DNA from: Chitinophagales bacterium
Lineage (GTDB): Bacteria; Bacteroidota; Bacteroidia; Chitinophagales; CAIOSU01
Length of the DNA stretch: 64,000 bases
NCBI GenBank assembly: GCA_034440455.1
Contig: JAWXCB010000077.1
Span: forward strand, 33,679 to 97,678
Reading direction: 5' to 3'
How positions within the stretch are numbered: position 1 is the stretch's first letter; the number at the start of each line of letters is the position of its first letter. The notes below the pieces were generated by a model that was not told the DNA's origin, ran no database searches, and saw nothing but the letters and a program-made list of their open reading frames with translations. The position numbers and the translations under genes were made by a program. Shown piece by piece: positions 8,156 to 17,814 of this stretch.

Positions 8156-9607
8156 ATGGCTAAGATTCAAGAAGAAGTATTGAAAAAAAATCATGAAGAT
8201 ATTTGGCAGAACTGCCTGAAGATTATTAAGGATATTGTTCCGCCTCAAAGTTTCAAAACGTGGTTTGAGCCAATCAAACCCGTGAAGTTGGATAACAACG
8301 TGCTTACAATTCAGGTACCCAGCCAGTTTTTTTATGAATGGCTTGAAGAACATTATATCACGCTGCTGCGCAAAACAATCAAGCGCGAATTAGGCAACGA
8401 CTCACGTCTTGAATATCGCGTGGTGGTTGACAACAGCTCAGGAAACAATCCTTACACTGTTGATTATCCCAACTACAACACCGGTGAAAATAAAAATCCG
8501 GAAGTGCTTGCTCCGCTTTCCAGCGGCATCAAAAATCCATTTATCATTCCCGGTTTGAAAAAAGTGAATGTGGAGTCACAACTCAAGCCCGCTTATAATT
8601 TTGATTCTTTCGTAGAAGGCGATTGCAACCGTCTTGCGCGTTCCGCAGGTTTTGCTGTTGCAACGAAGCCTCCGGGTTCAACTGCATTTAATCCGCTTGT
8701 GTTGTATGGCGGTGTTGGTTTGGGGAAAACACATTTGGTGCATGCAGTGGGAAATCAGTTCAAGCAGAATTTTCCGAACAAAACAGTGTTGTATGTTTCT
8801 TCTGATAAATTCACCAACCAGTTTATTGACGCGCTAAAGAATAATGCAATCAACGACTTCATCCACTTCTATCAGGTGATTGATGTGTTGATTATGGATG
8901 ACATTCAGTTTTTTGCCAACAAAGACAAAACGCAGGATATTTTCTTTCACATCTTTAATCACCTGCACCAAAACAGCAAGCAGTTGATTCTCACTTCCGA
9001 CCGCGCTCCAAAAGATTTGGAAGGAATGGAAGAAAGACTCCTGTCGCGTTTTAAATGGGGTCTTGCAACGGATTTGCAAACACCTGACTTTGAAACACGC
9101 ATTGCTATTCTTGAAAAGAAAATGTATGCTGATGGTATTGAACTTCCCCGTGAGGTGGTGGAGTTTGTTGCTTATAATATCAATACAAACATCCGCGAAC
9201 TCGAAGGAGCATTGACTTCTTTGCTTGCTCAATCGTCACTCAATAAAAAGGAAATTGACCTTGACCTTGCCAAGAAGATTGTAAAGAATTTCGTGAAGAG
9301 CGTTTCCCGTGAAGTTTCGATTGACTACATCCAGAAAACGGTGTGCGAGCATTTTGGAGTGCCCGTAGAAAAGTTGAAAGAGAAAACACGCAAACGTCAG
9401 GTAGTGCAGGCGCGTCAATTATCTATGTTCCTTGCAAAAAATTACACCAAGAATTCATTGAAAGTAATCGGCAAGCACTTTGGCGGCAGAGACCACAGCA
9501 CAGTGATTCATTCCTGTCAGGCAATTCAAAACCTGCTCGACACTGACTCCAAATTCAAAGAGAGCGTGGCAGATGTGCAGAAGAAAATTCAGATGAGCAT
9601 TGGTTGA
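8156..9607 (+). CDS. dnaA: chromosomal replication initiator protein DnaA
   Basis: N-terminal WQNCLKIIKDIVPPQSFKTWFEPIKP, Walker A YGGVGLGKTHL, Walker B LIMDDIQF, and C-terminal DNA-binding GGRDHSTVIHS. The track ORF starts at TTG 8141. The first ATG is at 8156. Confidence 0.95.
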   Translation: MAKIQEEVLKKNHEDIWQNCLKIIKDIVPPQSFKTWFEPIKPVKLDNNVLTIQVPSQFFYEWLEEHYITLLRKTIKRELGNDSRLEYRVVVDNSSGNNPYTVDYPNYNTGENKNPEVLAPLSSGIKNPFIIPGLKKVNVESQLKPAYNFDSFVEGDCNRLARSAGFAVATKPPGSTAFNPLVLYGGVGLGKTHLVHAVGNQFKQNFPNKTVLYVSSDKFTNQFIDALKNNAINDFIHFYQVIDVLIMDDIQFFANKDKTQDIFFHIFNHLHQNSKQLILTSDRAPKDLEGMEERLLSRFKWGLATDLQTPDFETRIAILEKKMYADGIELPREVVEFVAYNINTNIRELEGALTSLLAQSSLNKKEIDLDLAKKIVKNFVKSVSREVSIDYIQKTVCEHFGVPVEKLKEKTRKRQVVQARQLSMFLAKNYTKNSLKVIGKHFGGRDHSTVIHSCQAIQNLLDTDSKFKESVADVQKKIQMSIG

Positions 9608-9653
9608 GCGGAGAAAAGCCGTTGAAAATTTTTCTTAAATTTGTGCGCGTTTA

Positions 9654-9740
9654 GGAGAGGTGCCGGAGTGGTTAACGGAGCAGTTTGCTAAACTGTCAAC
9701 GCAGAAATGTGTTGCGGGGGTTCGAATCCCCCTCTCTCCG
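9654..9740 (+). tRNA. tRNA-Ser (anticodon GCU), type II with long variable arm
   Basis: GGAGAGG acceptor pairs with TCTCTCC. D-arm is GCCGGAGTGGTTAACGG. The anticodon loop TTGCTAA gives GCT. Long variable arm CAACGCAGAAATGTGTTGC. T-arm is GGGGGTTCGAATCCCCC. Confidence 0.9.
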
Positions 9741-9808
9741 CAGTTTTGGTGTGCGTTTTTTTACTCTGATAAATTCAGCACATCTTGCATCTAATATCAT
9801 ACTCAATT

Positions 9809-9883
9809 CGGGGTGTAGCGCAGTCCGGTTAGCGTATCTGCTTTGGGAGCAGAGGGCCGCAGGTTCGAATCCTGCCACCCCGA
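9809..9883 (+). tRNA. tRNA-Pro (anticodon UGG)
   Basis: CGGGGTG acceptor pairs with CACCCCG. The anticodon stem-loop TCTGC-TTTGGGA-GCAGA gives TGG. T-arm is GCAGGTTCGAATCCTGC. Confidence 0.9.
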
Positions 9884-9897
9884 CTTTGATGAGTAAA

Positions 9898-9931
9898 GGG
9901 TTTCAGTCTAATCAGCTGGAACCCTTTTTTA
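9898..9931 (+). terminator. rho-independent terminator after the tRNA pair
   Basis: Stem GGGTTTCAG (9898-9906) pairs with CTGGAACCC (9916-9924) with one G-U pair, followed by a T run (9925-9930). Confidence 0.65.
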
Positions 9932-10053
9932 TTTGGTTTACCCTCTCTTTTTTTGATACTATCGGGAATAATAGCAAATACAGAGGCAACTCAGTGGCAT
10001 TCTGAATTACTTAGGGGCAGTTCTAAAAATTGATTTTTATCGCCTCACCCTAT

Positions 10054-10093
10054 CCCTCTCCCCTGTCTGCCGGCAGACAAGAGATGGAGAGGG
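10054..10093. repeat. REP-like palindromic element
   Basis: CCCTCTCC...TGTCTGCC/GGCAGACA...GGAGAGGG. A perfect 16-nt central palindrome sits inside an outer inverted repeat. A related GAGAGAGGGTA segment occurs at ~56664-56676. Confidence 0.6.
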
Positions 10094-10179
10094 TATATGT
10101 GGTAGAATTTTCAGACCTGTCCTTAGGTATTATAAATATGCGCTGAAGAAGATTTCGTTTTTCACTGTTATAAAAATCT

Positions 10180-11034
10180 GTGCAGATGCGTATGCTATCT
10201 TTGTCAGCAATGGAGTTGACCGATTATACGCTGATAAATGCCGAACCTACCTCGCTTGGCAAATACTGGAAAGGTCTTTGGAAGTACAGAAGAATGATAA
10301 GCGTTTTTGCCCTACAGGAAATTAAGGTCTCCTACGCGCAAACATTTTTTGGTCTTTTCTGGCTGTTATTTAAGCCGTTAATTGTACTGGGAGTGTTTAC
10401 GTTCCTTTTTGGTAATGTAATAGAGATATCCGGAATGAAACATCCTTATGCGCTGTTTGCATTTTCCGGCTTGATTGCATGGAATTACTTCAACTTTTTA
10501 GTTGGCTCGGGCAGCGGGGCGCTGATTAATAATCAACACCTGATTCGTAAAATGTATTTTCCCAGAATGGTACTGCCGCTTGCAAAAGTATTGGTAGGCT
10601 TGGTGGAGGCGGGAGTCTCTTTTTTGATATTGTTCACTTTGATGATAATTCTTGGTTATCCTTTTTCGGTGAAACTGTTGGCGTTGTTTGTTTTTCTTTT
10701 TTTTAATATTATATCCGGATTGGGAATCGCACTTTGGCTGAATGCCCTCAACCTTCGCTATCGTGATTTAAACCATTTCATTCCGGTGCTCATCGGATTT
10801 CTGATTTGGCTTACCCCTGTATTCTACCCATCCACGTTGATTCCACAGGAGTTTTCTTTTCTGCTATACCTGAACCCGATGGCAGGAATTATTGAGTGCT
10901 ATCGCTGGGCAATTCTGGGCGACCCGTTTCCATCAATAAAATATCTTATTGCGATTGCTGAAGTGGCGGTTGTTTTTATTTCAGGAGTGTGGTTTTTCAT
11001 CAGAATGGAAGATGTGATGGCTGATTATCTTTAG
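10180..11034 (+). CDS. wzm: ABC-2 type polysaccharide/O-antigen exporter permease (Wzm/TagG-like)
   Basis: 284 aa with about 6 TM helices. N-terminal WKYRRMISVFALQEIKVSYAQTFFGLFWLLFKPL is typical of ABC-2 permeases, as is YFPRMVLP. Alternative ATG starts at 10186 and 10210. Confidence 0.8.
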   Translation: MQMRMLSLSAMELTDYTLINAEPTSLGKYWKGLWKYRRMISVFALQEIKVSYAQTFFGLFWLLFKPLIVLGVFTFLFGNVIEISGMKHPYALFAFSGLIAWNYFNFLVGSGSGALINNQHLIRKMYFPRMVLPLAKVLVGLVEAGVSFLILFTLMIILGYPFSVKLLALFVFLFFNIISGLGIALWLNALNLRYRDLNHFIPVLIGFLIWLTPVFYPSTLIPQEFSFLLYLNPMAGIIECYRWAILGDPFPSIKYLIAIAEVAVVFISGVWFFIRMEDVMADYL

Positions 11035-11243
11035 TGATTCCATCCCGGCTAAGGTTGAAGTATTTGATTTTTCACCTTCTCAGCAAGAGTTTTTGAGCAA
11101 GTGTTTCGCTATCGGATTCCAGCGGTAAATATTTCAGTAGGGTGACTTCCGTCCGTATGGGAAAGGATGTCGCTGTTTACCTTTAAACACTGTTCCTTGT
11201 TGCTTTCTGAAACAATCCTTAACTTTAGACAAACATAAATGCC

Positions 11244-12134
11244 ATGAGACGTGTAATGCGCGATGATGCGCTCGAAGCTAAGTTCCAGCGAGAAGGATAT
11301 GTGGTGATTCCTTTTATGACAAAGGAAGAAGTGGATGGGCTGAAGCAAAAATATTTTGAAACCCTTCCGCATAGTGGCGGGCAAATAACTGCTTCAGAAA
11401 CCGGGGTGGCAGATTCAAGAAACATAACCTACGATTTCACTTTCATTGACAAAAATGTTGCTTACAAGCGTGAAGTCTTTAAAATCATCACTGAATATTT
11501 CGCCCTTCACGTGGAGAAATGGCTTGCCGATTACAAGCCAATCATAGCCAACTATATCCATAAGAAAGGAGGAGGAGGCGAAGTGCCGCTGCATCAGAAC
11601 TACGCATTTGTTGACGAGCGCAAATGTACCTCGGTCTCCATTTGGCTGCCGTTGGTTGACAGCACTGAAGAAAACGGAACACTGCAAATTGTCCCCGGCA
11701 GCCATAAGCGCTTTTGTGAAATCAGGGGTCCGATGGTTCCTTGGGATTTAGATGATATCAAAAACGAAATCATCAATAATTTTTTAGTTCCGCTCAACAC
11801 AAAAGCGGGCAACGCAGTGATTTTAGATGACAGCATTGTTCATTACTCTGCAATCAACAAAACGAACGGGTTGCGTCTCACGATTCAGCTTATTTTAATT
11901 CCTGAAGAATTTCCTTCCATTCAATATCGGATGAATCCAGAAGTTAGCAGGGATGATGTAAATATTTTGGAAGTGAATCATGATTTTTATATGGAATCCA
12001 CTCCATGGAAAGAGCCGGAAGGTGCAAAAAAAATCGGCACCCTGAAATACCAGCACAACCCGATGTCAGTGGATGAGTTCAGAAAGAAACTTTTTGCAAG
12101 GCGATTTGATGAGAAGGAATTGCAAAGAGTATAG
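11244..12134 (+). CDS. PhyH-family Fe(II)/2OG dioxygenase paralog 1, with HQN instead of HQD
   Basis: FQREGYVVIPF; PLHQNYAFVDE; SIWLPLVDSTEENGTLQIVPGSHK; GNAVILDDSIVHYSAIN; RLTIQ. Confidence 0.75.
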   Translation: MRRVMRDDALEAKFQREGYVVIPFMTKEEVDGLKQKYFETLPHSGGQITASETGVADSRNITYDFTFIDKNVAYKREVFKIITEYFALHVEKWLADYKPIIANYIHKKGGGGEVPLHQNYAFVDERKCTSVSIWLPLVDSTEENGTLQIVPGSHKRFCEIRGPMVPWDLDDIKNEIINNFLVPLNTKAGNAVILDDSIVHYSAINKTNGLRLTIQLILIPEEFPSIQYRMNPEVSRDDVNILEVNHDFYMESTPWKEPEGAKKIGTLKYQHNPMSVDEFRKKLFARRFDEKELQRV

Positions 12135-12175
12135 CCTGCAACTCGCGGGGATGGAAAACTAAATACTAACCATAC

Positions 12176-14107
12176 ATGGTAACCAGAATTTTCAAAGAGT
12201 CAGGTCTTCAAGAGCAATTCGACCGTGATGGGTTTGTGGTGCTTCCTTTGTTGAATACAGAAGAAGTAACCAAGCTTACCGTTTTTTTTCACAGCCTGCA
12301 TCAACAAGCGCCTTCAGGATTTTACTCTTCCGTTTTCAGCGACAACCTTGAATTCAAAAATTCAATTAAAACCTTCGCTGAAAAAATTTACGCATCAAAA
12401 GTTGATTCCACTTTTCAAGGGATTAGAAAGCTTGGCGCCAGTTTTCTTTGTAAATCACCGGGTGCTGAGGGCAGAATGCCCGTTCATCAGGATTGGACGG
12501 TGGTGGATGAATCGAAATTTTGTTCCATCACCATTTGGGTTCCGCTGGTTGATACGGATGAATCAAACGGTGCCATCAGAGTTTTGCGGGGCAGTCACAA
12601 ACTCACGAATACGCTTCGCGCGCCAAACGTGGTGAGTGAATATGAAAATGTGAAGGACGAAATCTGGAATGAGTTGGAAACGCTGCCGATGAAAGCGGGT
12701 GAAGCCTTTGTTTTTAATCATGCGCTGATTCATGCTTCCTCCCCTAACATTACTTCAAAAGAAAGAATTGCTGTCGCGTATGGTTTAATACCGCTTGAGG
12801 CAGAATTGTTTCTTTATCACAAAAATGAAAACAACAAACTTGAGCAATACAAGATGCCGGATGATATGTTTTTGCGTTATCACAACATCGGTGAGCGCGC
12901 TACATTCGGTGAGAAAGTCGGGGAGTTTGATTATGAGGAAAAACAAGTGAATTCATTGAAGTTGCACCACCTGTTAACGAAGATGAGAAGGGAGAGAAAC
13001 ATGCAACCGCTTTTTAAAGATTCGGCAGTGCTGGAATTTTTTGAGCGGGAGGGATATGCAAAAATTAAAGTGCTGGATGAAAAAGAAATAAAGGAACTTC
13101 TGGACTTCTACAATTCATTAGATATGAAGGGCGAAGGGGAGGGATACGGTATCACCATAAGCTTAGAGAGCAAGGATAAAATTTTTGCCGAGCGCATTCT
13201 CAGTAAAATTTATGAAATAGCGCTGGCGAAAGTTGCATCTCATTTCCAAAATGCGAAAGCGCATCTTGCCAGTTTTATAATAAAGGATGCAAATTCCAAG
13301 ACTATTGTGCCTGTTCATCAGGACTGGAGTTTCATTGACGAAGAAGACAAATATTGCTCCGTGACCTGCTGGATACCGTTAGTGGATGTTACATTTGAAA
13401 ATGGCGCGCTTGGAGTTATTCGCGGCAGCCATAAATTTTTTACCACCTACCGCCCTTCCCCGTCTCCTCAATCCCCCGTGCCGCTGGCAGAACACATCTT
13501 CACGATCTTCCCCTATTTAAAAGTTGTCGAAATGAAGGCGGGCGAGGCGTTGGTGTTTGATAACAGGACATTTCATGGCTCGCCACCCAATTCATCCAAC
13601 CATCCTCGGATTGCTATCGGGATTGGACTGACACAGAAAGACGCAAAACTTTGTCATTTCTACCATAAACCGGGTTGCACTTATAAAGATAAATTACTAA
13701 AATACAGGATTGACCCGAGTTTTTTTAGAACATACGAGAATGCAACTCTCTCAAAAATGTATGACAAAGGAGAAACAATTGAAGGTTATCCGTTGGAAGG
13801 AGAAGTGCCCTATGCATTTCCAAAGTTTACGGCAGATGAATTGATTGAATTGGTTAAAGAACATGGAAACGAATTCAATATGCACTTAGGCGAGTCGCTG
13901 GCTAAACTTTTTAATTACGATATAAACGGCACAAGAAAAGAAGATGTGCCATCACAGCCCGTACCTGTAGAGTTTGAAAAAGTGGAAGAAATTCAGGCGC
14001 AACAAGCAGCGGCAGAATATGTATGGATAGATGACCGAAGTTTTTTCAGGAAATACACACTTGGCAACATTCTGCGCGAAATGAAGAAAAAAATTTTGGC
14101 AGAATAA
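12176..14107 (+). CDS. tandem di-domain PhyH-family dioxygenase (two complete catalytic domains in one ORF)
   Basis: Domain 1: FDRDGFVVLPL, PVHQDWTVVDE, TIWVPLVDTDESNGAIRVLRGSHK, IHASSPN. Domain 2: FEREGYAKIKV, PVHQDWSFIDE, TCWIPLVDVTFENGALGVIRGSHK, FHGSPPN. Confidence 0.85.
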   Translation: MVTRIFKESGLQEQFDRDGFVVLPLLNTEEVTKLTVFFHSLHQQAPSGFYSSVFSDNLEFKNSIKTFAEKIYASKVDSTFQGIRKLGASFLCKSPGAEGRMPVHQDWTVVDESKFCSITIWVPLVDTDESNGAIRVLRGSHKLTNTLRAPNVVSEYENVKDEIWNELETLPMKAGEAFVFNHALIHASSPNITSKERIAVAYGLIPLEAELFLYHKNENNKLEQYKMPDDMFLRYHNIGERATFGEKVGEFDYEEKQVNSLKLHHLLTKMRRERNMQPLFKDSAVLEFFEREGYAKIKVLDEKEIKELLDFYNSLDMKGEGEGYGITISLESKDKIFAERILSKIYEIALAKVASHFQNAKAHLASFIIKDANSKTIVPVHQDWSFIDEEDKYCSVTCWIPLVDVTFENGALGVIRGSHKFFTTYRPSPSPQSPVPLAEHIFTIFPYLKVVEMKAGEALVFDNRTFHGSPPNSSNHPRIAIGIGLTQKDAKLCHFYHKPGCTYKDKLLKYRIDPSFFRTYENATLSKMYDKGETIEGYPLEGEVPYAFPKFTADELIELVKEHGNEFNMHLGESLAKLFNYDINGTRKEDVPSQPVPVEFEKVEEIQAQQAAAEYVWIDDRSFFRKYTLGNILREMKKKILAE

Positions 14108-14116
14108 ATTGAAAGT

Positions 14117-15013
14117 ATGTTTTCTTTCCCAAAAATGCTCAAGGTTTTTCGTAATGATATCCATCAACTACAGTTTGAGCGGGACGGGTTTCTCGTGCTG
14201 CCATTTTACAATCAAGATGAGATTCGGGAATTGAATGAACTCTATCATCGCCTCCATCCTAAAGATGAAAAAGGTTTTTTTCCCAGTACGTTTTCAAAAG
14301 ATAAAAATTACCGCAAAATCGCGGATGAAGAAATCCGAAGAATCGGACAGCGGTCTATGAGTAATTACATCCAGGATGTTAAAGTGATGTGCGGCAGCTT
14401 TATCGTAAAATCATCAGGACCGGAAAGTGCGATGTGTGTCCATCAGGATATGACTTTGGTTGATGAGGCTAAATACACGGGCATCAATATCTGGATACCG
14501 CTGATTGACTTGAACGATGAAAACGGAACTCTTGAAGTCCTGCCCGGCAGTCACAGAATATTCCCGACTTATCGCAGTTCGACAGTTCCCGGTATTTATG
14601 ATGAGAGTAGTGCGGAAATCAAAAAGTATCTGGTGAGGCTTTACCCAAAAGCCGGTGAAGCAATTTTCTTTGACCAAAGCATTATTCATTATTCTGATGC
14701 CAATCTTTCAAACCAAACTAGAATCGTCACCAACACCTATTTTACACACAAGGACGCCACGTTTCAAATCTGCTATTGGCAAAAGGATTTCGGGAACAAA
14801 GTGGAACTATTCCGTGAAGATGAACATTTCATGACCGATTTTGAGCAGTTCGGGGAAAACATTCATGACCGCCCTAAAATTGGAAAAAGCTTGGGGCTTT
14901 ATGATTATGATTTTCCGAAAATCACCCCGGAGCAACTGAATGAGCTTTATGGGAAAAATGGCAAATCAAAAAAATCATTATTCAAACGCGTACTCCATTC
15001 ATTATTCAGTTAA
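14117..15013 (+). CDS. PhyH-family Fe(II)/2OG dioxygenase paralog
   Basis: FERDGFLVLPF; CVHQDMTLVDE; NIWIPLIDLNDENGTLEVLPGSHR; IHYSDAN; C-terminal SLFKRVLHSLFS. Confidence 0.85.
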   Translation: MFSFPKMLKVFRNDIHQLQFERDGFLVLPFYNQDEIRELNELYHRLHPKDEKGFFPSTFSKDKNYRKIADEEIRRIGQRSMSNYIQDVKVMCGSFIVKSSGPESAMCVHQDMTLVDEAKYTGINIWIPLIDLNDENGTLEVLPGSHRIFPTYRSSTVPGIYDESSAEIKKYLVRLYPKAGEAIFFDQSIIHYSDANLSNQTRIVTNTYFTHKDATFQICYWQKDFGNKVELFREDEHFMTDFEQFGENIHDRPKIGKSLGLYDYDFPKITPEQLNELYGKNGKSKKSLFKRVLHSLFS

Positions 15014-15015
15014 AG

Positions 15016-15966
15016 ATGACAAAGCGAATTTTCAAAGACGATGCAATGCAAGAGAAGTTCCAAAAACAGGGATTTATCACGGTGCCGTTTTTGGATGAAA
15101 ATGAATTGGATTACCTCAACCATTTTTTTGATGAGCTGCATCCAAACCCTCAGGGTGGATTTGTGTCTGGAAGTTACTCAAGCGACTTTGCATATAAAAA
15201 GAAAACAAGCGATGAGATCGTTCGCGTATTCAGCAGGCATTATGAAAGACTATTCGTAAACTACCAACCTTTTGGAGCTACGTTTCTATATAAACTTCCT
15301 TTCCAGGAAAGCGGAGTCGCTGTTCATCAGGATTGGACAATTGTTGACGAAACGAAAGCTGTCGCCCTGAATTGCTGGGTTCCTCTTTGCGATGTTACGA
15401 TGGATAACGGGCCCATAATGATTTTACCTGGTAGTCATTTTGATAACCTTAATGTAGTTCGCTCGCCAACTTTGCCGTTCTTTTTTTCAGGAAGCGATGA
15501 AATCATCGTCCAAGAATTGGAACCCATGGTGGTAAAGGCAGGAACTGCAGTCATCTTGAATCAAAGCGTAATACACTACTCGCCTGCCAATCAAAGCGGG
15601 CAAATCAGAAAAGCTATCACTGCGGGCGTTAAATCTGCTGGCGCACAAATGTATTTCCATTACAAAAATCCTAATATCGGCATGGATGAGTTGGAAGTAT
15701 TTGAAGAAGATGATGATTTCTTGCTAAGATTTGAAAACTTTGCAGAAGATATTGCGAACCGTCCAAAACTCGGCAGGAGTAAGGGATTCATTCCTTACAA
15801 GCTGCCACAGTATAGCGGGAATGAACTTTATGAACTGGTTAAAAAGATGAAATCATCTGCTGGGTACTCACTTAAATCAAAATTTAGTAAGCAGGAAGAA
15901 CAGCCTTCTGTTGGTCATAAACGCCAGTCATTCATGCAACGCCTTTCTTCCATATTTCAAAACTGA
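15016..15966 (+). CDS. PhyH-family Fe(II)/2OG dioxygenase paralog
   Basis: FQKQGFITVPF; AVHQDWTIVDE; NCWVPLCDVTMDNGPIMILPGSH; IHYSPAN; C-terminal SFMQRLSSIFQN. Confidence 0.85.
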   Translation: MTKRIFKDDAMQEKFQKQGFITVPFLDENELDYLNHFFDELHPNPQGGFVSGSYSSDFAYKKKTSDEIVRVFSRHYERLFVNYQPFGATFLYKLPFQESGVAVHQDWTIVDETKAVALNCWVPLCDVTMDNGPIMILPGSHFDNLNVVRSPTLPFFFSGSDEIIVQELEPMVVKAGTAVILNQSVIHYSPANQSGQIRKAITAGVKSAGAQMYFHYKNPNIGMDELEVFEEDDDFLLRFENFAEDIANRPKLGRSKGFIPYKLPQYSGNELYELVKKMKSSAGYSLKSKFSKQEEQPSVGHKRQSFMQRLSSIFQN

Positions 15967-15967
15967 A

Positions 15968-16819
15968 ATGCCTGAAAAGATTTTACAGGATGACCAATTG
16001 GATAAGCAACTCTTGGAGACAGGATTTGCAGTAGTTTCCTTTTTAAATCAGAAAGAAACCAGCGCTTTAGTTGACTTTTTCTATCAGCATCATCCCAATG
16101 GAGTTTCTGGTTTCTATGCTACCGCTCATTCCCACGATATTGCATTCAGAAATCGGATGAACGATGAAATAAAAAAAAACTTTCAAAGAGCCATTGGCAA
16201 TTACTTTCATAAATGTACTGCGCTTGGCGGGTCGTTCGTGGTGAAATCAAATACGCAAAAAGAACGACTACACCCTCACCAAGACTGGAATATTGTGGAC
16301 GAAGAACAGCATCGCTCATTTAATATTTGGGTTCCGCTGGTTGATTTGACTGAAAAAAACGGAACCATCCGGGTGATGCCCGGCAGTCATCGCTGGGTGA
16401 AAAATTATCGCGGACCAAATATCCCTGACCTTTCTGAAAGCGCACAAGAACAAATCTGGCAGCGTATGACTCCGCTTTATATGAAAGCAGGCGAGGCGTT
16501 AATTTATGACCATCGGTTGTTTCACGCATCTGACTCGAACACTACGGATGAGTTGCGTATTGCCACCGTATTTGGAATCATTCCTGAGAGAGCGCAAATG
16601 CTCTACTATTATGGAAACGGGAAACAAGTGGAAATTTATAAGAGCAGCGCGAATTTTTTTCTGAATGAAAATATGCAGAAGGGAAACCTGATACTCCAGA
16701 AAGTAAACACCGTTCAATTACCAGTTGTATCCTTTTCACAATTCCTACAGTTGGAAGAAACAAGTGTTAATAGGGTAAAGAAAACCGGACTTTTTAATTT
16801 TATTAGAAGATTGTTCTAA
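15968..16819 (+). CDS. PhyH-family Fe(II)/2OG dioxygenase paralog
   Basis: The track ORF starts at 15911. ATG 15968 (MPEKILQDD), 1 nt after the upstream stop, is more plausible. HPHQDWNIVDE; NIWVPLVDLTEKNGTIRVMPGSHR; FHASDSN; C-terminal GLFNFIRRLF. Confidence 0.85.
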   Translation: MPEKILQDDQLDKQLLETGFAVVSFLNQKETSALVDFFYQHHPNGVSGFYATAHSHDIAFRNRMNDEIKKNFQRAIGNYFHKCTALGGSFVVKSNTQKERLHPHQDWNIVDEEQHRSFNIWVPLVDLTEKNGTIRVMPGSHRWVKNYRGPNIPDLSESAQEQIWQRMTPLYMKAGEALIYDHRLFHASDSNTTDELRIATVFGIIPERAQMLYYYGNGKQVEIYKSSANFFLNENMQKGNLILQKVNTVQLPVVSFSQFLQLEETSVNRVKKTGLFNFIRRLF

Positions 16820-16828
16820 TTTACTGTT

Positions 16829-17761
16829 ATGGAATTAAGCGTTAGCGCATTACTCAACCGGATATTAGACAGGCCTACAGTAGTCAACCCGCAGCAGGAA
16901 ATCAGGAGGGAAGGCTTTTTTTTAGATGAAAAAAATCATGAACACTATTTAAAGCATGGATGGTGTACGATTAAAAATATGACCACAGCTGAGGAAATAG
17001 AATCCTTCATGCACACTTTTCACGAGATTTCTAAGCTTAATGGTTTTGAACTGGATAAAAATCTGCTTAACAGCGGAAGACTTTTTAATCCGGAAATAAG
17101 GAAAAAAGTGCAGGAAGTAATTAATCTGAATGCTAAAACCATTTTGCCCCGTATGTTCAAGATGGAAAAGGTGGACCCGCACACTGGTGGAGCATTTCAG
17201 GTGAAACCTCCGCATATAAACAGCGACTTATTGATTCATCAGGATAGCACAGTGATAGATGAAGACAAAGACTACTGCCTCTTTGTATGGATTCCTTTCT
17301 GTGCTATTACGATGGAGAACGGACCTATCTCTTTTCTTCCGGGCAGCCACCTTTGGGGAAACAACCAACGCAGTTTAGGCGTACCCTGGCAGTTTCGCAA
17401 GCACACGAAGACGCTCTATCAATATGTGAAAACGGTGACAGTAAATGCAGGCGATGCAATTGTATTTGACCCTGCAACCATTCATGCGAGCGCTCCGAAT
17501 CTTTCAAAAGAAATTCGACATGCCATAACAATCACCGTGTTGAGAAGAAATTATCAGTTGGTTTATTACTTCAGAAACAAAGAGATAGATGATAGCCTGA
17601 TTGAAAAATATTATGTGGATGAAACCTTCTATTACGGATATGATTTCATTTCAAAACCCGATGAAACCAAATGGAGAAAAGAGATTGTGAAATTTGAACC
17701 TTTTAACCTGACTGAAAAGCAATTAGTCAGGCTGATAAAAAAACATTTACCAAAAGAGTAG
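16829..17761 (+). CDS. PhyH-family Fe(II)/2OG dioxygenase paralog
   Basis: LIHQDSTVIDE; FVWIPFCAITMENGPISFLPGSH; IHASAPN. Confidence 0.8.
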   Translation: MELSVSALLNRILDRPTVVNPQQEIRREGFFLDEKNHEHYLKHGWCTIKNMTTAEEIESFMHTFHEISKLNGFELDKNLLNSGRLFNPEIRKKVQEVINLNAKTILPRMFKMEKVDPHTGGAFQVKPPHINSDLLIHQDSTVIDEDKDYCLFVWIPFCAITMENGPISFLPGSHLWGNNQRSLGVPWQFRKHTKTLYQYVKTVTVNAGDAIVFDPATIHASAPNLSKEIRHAITITVLRRNYQLVYYFRNKEIDDSLIEKYYVDETFYYGYDFISKPDETKWRKEIVKFEPFNLTEKQLVRLIKKHLPKE

Positions 17762-17814
17762 GTCGCAAATATGCAAGAGAGCGCAGCGACTGCATGATAA
17801 GATTCGTTTAACCG

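Noticed and set aside
9685-10005. ORFs overlapping the tRNA region (9685-10005 plus strand, 9696-9878 minus strand)
   Set aside because: They run straight through tRNA-Ser, tRNA-Pro and the terminator hairpin, so they are artefacts of the six-frame scan.
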